Shown here: positions 49,941-53,186 of the stretch, in pieces
How positions within the stretch are numbered: position 1 is the stretch's first letter
Layout: the number at the start of each line of letters is the position of its first letter
DNA from: Catajapyx aquilonaris
Lineage: Eukaryota
Assembly (NCBI GenBank): GCA_000934665.2
Contig: JYFJ02002656.1
Span: 1 to 53,186, forward strand
Direction of reading: 5' to 3'
DNA: 53,186 nucleotides
Translations under genes and position numbers: made by a program
Notes under the pieces: model-generated
Seen by the model: the letters and a program-made list of their open reading frames with translations, nothing else
Databases searched by the model: none
What the model was told of the DNA's origin: nothing

Positions 49941-51535
49941 TCACAGAAAGTGAAGCTGGTTTGCCAGGAGCTCTGACGGCTGCTTCCGTATGCTCTGGCC
50001 CACCAGGTATGCCAACTTGTGTGCGTACTGTAAAGACGGAAAGACAGTTGAGTACATAGTTTCAATGTTCAACGAAAATATGTGCGCTTCATAATAGTTC
50101 AACAGCATCACACTTGTACAACCAAAAATACCCAATGTTATTCAAATATGCACTTGACGACATCACTGTGTGCCACTGTTAGAAAAATCAAGACTGACGG
50201 AAGTATCTGCTCAGAATGAATTTATCGTCAACCCGGAAAATGAGCTGTATTTGGACGCAGGCATTTGTCCGCTCAAATTACCGTCAGGCGCAATTTACAT
50301 CATCATCGCAGACACTAAGACTCCTGAGTACAAGTTACGAGTGGCTTTCGAGCCCCTGCAGCGGTAAGAACATTAAAATTTTCGCACACAATATTACACG
50401 CTGCAACTTGTTTGTTTCATATTTTTTATGTAGCACGTCGCAGCAACACAATTGTAAGGTTACGGCGCACACCTTACTTTTGAATTGAGAAAATACTGAA
50501 TATGAATGTCGTCTGTTCCATACAATAAATACGGGGAATAAGGGTTGGGAAAAATCCCTTTGGAAAGTTTTACAACTTTCTTCAAATTGCATGTACCGTA
50601 AATGGCAATACTTGAACTTGTACCCGTCCTTCTAAAGTGAAACCGGGATGTACAGTATATTCATCAGCGTATGTCTCACCTGACATGGAGCAGGCACACG
50701 TACTGTGCCTGGCCAGTTGTAGTACAAGTGTGTCATTTTGTATGCAAGTCGCTGGTGATGGTCAGGCCGCATCGGATGCGTGTCGAACAGTATGACGTAG
50801 TGAGTCGGTGATACTGTTCCCTGCAAAAAAAACACACACACACACACACAAATATTAATCATAGTATGGCCATAACAAGCAGCTGTGAACGTTACTCACC
50901 TCACATACGTGCTGCGACACAAGGAAGAAGTCATTATACTTCTTGCTCGTGATGGTGTTGTCCATCACGGTTCCAGGAGGAGGGTTGTCAAATTCATTGC
51001 CCTATTGACAAACACATGTATCAACGAATTGCTTAGGAAGTTGACGAAAATTGGTGGAATTTATTTGTGTCTATGCAAGTTTCACCGGATATTTGAGAAA
51101 ATGTGCCTCATTGCAATGAAACATTTTCCTTAGATTCATGCAACTGGCCGTTAACGAAAGTATCTGCTCAGAGCGAAATTATCTTCAACCTGGCAAGTGA
51201 GCTTTATTTGGACGCAGGCATTTGTCCACTCACATGCAGTCAGGCGCAATTTACATCATCATTGCAAGTACAAGTTTGGTGTCAGTTAAATACCACACAC
51301 TATACCAAACTTACAAGTGAAAATACTCCAGGAATAAACATACCTGCTTCAAGTACAGCCTCGTGTTGATACGCTTCTGCACCACCACGAAGGAGAACTT
51401 CGGATGGTGGTCTCCGCAAACCAACTTAATTGACGCGTGCAGCTGCTGTATCTCATGCGCCACAAGCACGTCAAATTGCCCCTCGCTGACCCCATCACGA
51501 TACACAATTATGCGATCGGGATAGCAGTGATTTAC
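49941..51535 (-). CDS. AGO3: Second Ago3-like copy, last four exons (51535-51344, 51001-50900, 50820-50680, 50027-49941); upstream exons not in window
   Basis: Colinear with 39424-41155 including introns; frames and splice sites intact. Confidence 0.75.
50208..50310 (-). ncRNA. SNORD16: U16 homologue, copy 3
   Basis: Near-identical to 39733-39835 with all boxes intact. Confidence 0.85.
51165..51266 (-). ncRNA. SNORD16: U16 homologue, copy 4
   Basis: Near-identical to 40691-40791 with all boxes intact. Confidence 0.85.
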
Positions 51536-51664
51536 CTACGAAAAGACAAGAAGGCATCAAATATGACGGAGAAAACAATTGCATCATAAGTAGAGCTTCA
51601 ACAATTTCACGCACATTTTTATCCCAATTTTATACAACCGACCGCTTCCGTTTATCTGCATAAT

Positions 51665-52140
51665 TAGGGGGCACGGCAGTGCCCCCGCCAAGTTCTCGCC
51701 GCACTGCCGGACCACCTTTACCCGACACAACTCACGTCATTTTGACCCCCTCGAATCTTCGCACTGGTGAACACACGTCGCTTCAAAAATTTCATTTGGG
51801 TAGATAAAAATCGATTAAAAATAATACCCCCTTAATTCCATGTTCATATCTCTTTTCATTTCCGACTTACAAAATCCTAAAAACTCCCAAAACGGCCAAA
51901 ATATGACACTCACTCACTGACTCACTCACTCACTGACTGATCATCAAAATTATACGGTACTTCCCGTGGGCCTAGGATGCTGAAATTTGGTGTGCTGGTA
52001 GAGCTTGTCAAACAAACGTCAGAATAAATCTGAAAACGGCACTTTTTTGAGTCTAAATGCTCAAAAAAAATTATTTTCACGAAGTCCGCTGCTGCTGACC
52101 AGATGCGGCATTTTTAAGACGGATTACTTTTTTACTTTGA
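51665..52140. mobile_element. Non-autonomous Helitron/HINE-like element
   Basis: Terminal hairpin GGGGGCACGGCAGTGCCCCC, (ACTC)n/(ACTG)n microsatellite and CCTAG.A.GCTGAAATTTGG block typical of insect Helitron-like repeats; starts exactly where Ago3 duplicate homology stops. Confidence 0.65.
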
Positions 52141-52601
52141 ATTTCCAGTTATGCTGGTGCTCCTCCTGCCCTCCCCACGTTATCATCTCCTCACTTCCTC
52201 CCCCCTCCTGCATACCGCTAGCCAACGACGTAGCCAGCCCCCCCCCCCCCCCCCNCCCCCCTCCCTCCCCCCGAAATCTTGTGGATTAAAAAAAATCATG
52301 TCAAGGAAATTACTAATTCATGATTTGGGGGTGGGGGGAAGTGCTACCAATTTCATCTAATACACACCCATTCAAATCTCCCATATTCACCTAAGCTTGA
52401 ACCTGAAAAAATTTCGCCTGCGGCGGACCTCCCCCCGAACTGGATTCCTGGCTACGTCACTGCCGCTAGCTATCTGACTGAAGCTGCGATTGCATTTCAT
52501 ACAAATACAAATATTTCATACAAATACAACTACAAATAGGCCTACCTAAATACCCCAAATACAAAATAATACAAATACAAAATTCGAGGTCATCAACAGC
52601 C

Positions 52602-52915
52602 TATGTATGTACAGGGAACAATTCCCAATTTGTGTGGCGTATGCCATTACCATACAGAGGACAGAGCCAAGGCATGAGTCTCACTAATGGACTCATCGAC
52701 ATGGGTTCCTCTGTCTTCTCGTGGCTCTTTCCAGAGTTAAAAGTATCAATGGAGTGCATCTCATCAATGCCTCCTTTACTAACACCAAGGCTCAAGAGTC
52801 AGCTATTCTGGAGTACGATAGATTGAGATCTGTTTACCGACCAGACTTATCCATACTCAAAAGGGCTAATAAGGCATCGACAGAAGTGGTTAAGGATCGC
52901 GAATGGGCTATGTGA
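52602..52915 (+). mobile_element. Decayed PIF1-type helicase C-terminus (Helitron remnant)
   Basis: EQFPICVAYAITI / SQGMSL...DMGSSVFS / VALSRVKSINGVHLI across three frames. Confidence 0.8.
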
Positions 52916-53186
52916 TCAGGTGTAGCTGATGTCCAATTCGCACAACCAGAACAGAAAAAAGGAAGCGTAATATGAGAAAGCAGAAGAAAATCTATTCAGA
53001 GGAAAAGATAGAGTTTTACATACTTTCGTATATAACCTACACACTTTGCTCTAAGTTATTAATTACCTTATTTGGAATATTTAACGGATCATTGCTTCCA
53101 CGCCCAACCGTAGGGGGCTCCCCAAGCTTTCTTATAATTATCCTACACTCCTGCCTACAAAAAGAGGTGAGATCCCACCAAAAACC

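Overview
Eukaryotic, intron-rich, very probably insect/hexapod genomic DNA; many of the supplied ORFs are exon fragments or noise. All spliced models below were assembled by hand from GT/AG sites and phase. Left to right: the 5' part of a C2orf81/DUF4639-like gene (-) head-to-head with ENKD1 (+); NME6 (-) with a mariner deletion derivative in intron 1; four tandem HPGD/Pdh-like short-chain dehydrogenases (-), one an apparently intact pseudoenzyme; two paralogous secreted VPV-repeat/Gly-His cuticle-type proteins (-), one with an extra 452-codon SSSPAP cassette-like exon; a complete PIWI-clade Argonaute, most like Ago3 (-); a decayed RpL34 (-); and the 3' four exons of a second Ago3 copy interrupted upstream by Helitron-like sequence. 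The most striking observation is that the Ago3 introns host snoRNAs: four copies of a U16/SNORD16 homologue (two per Ago3 copy) plus H/ACA candidates. MITEs (some nested), a V-domain tRNA-SINE and satellites are scattered throughout. Homology calls are from recall of the families, not from database searches.
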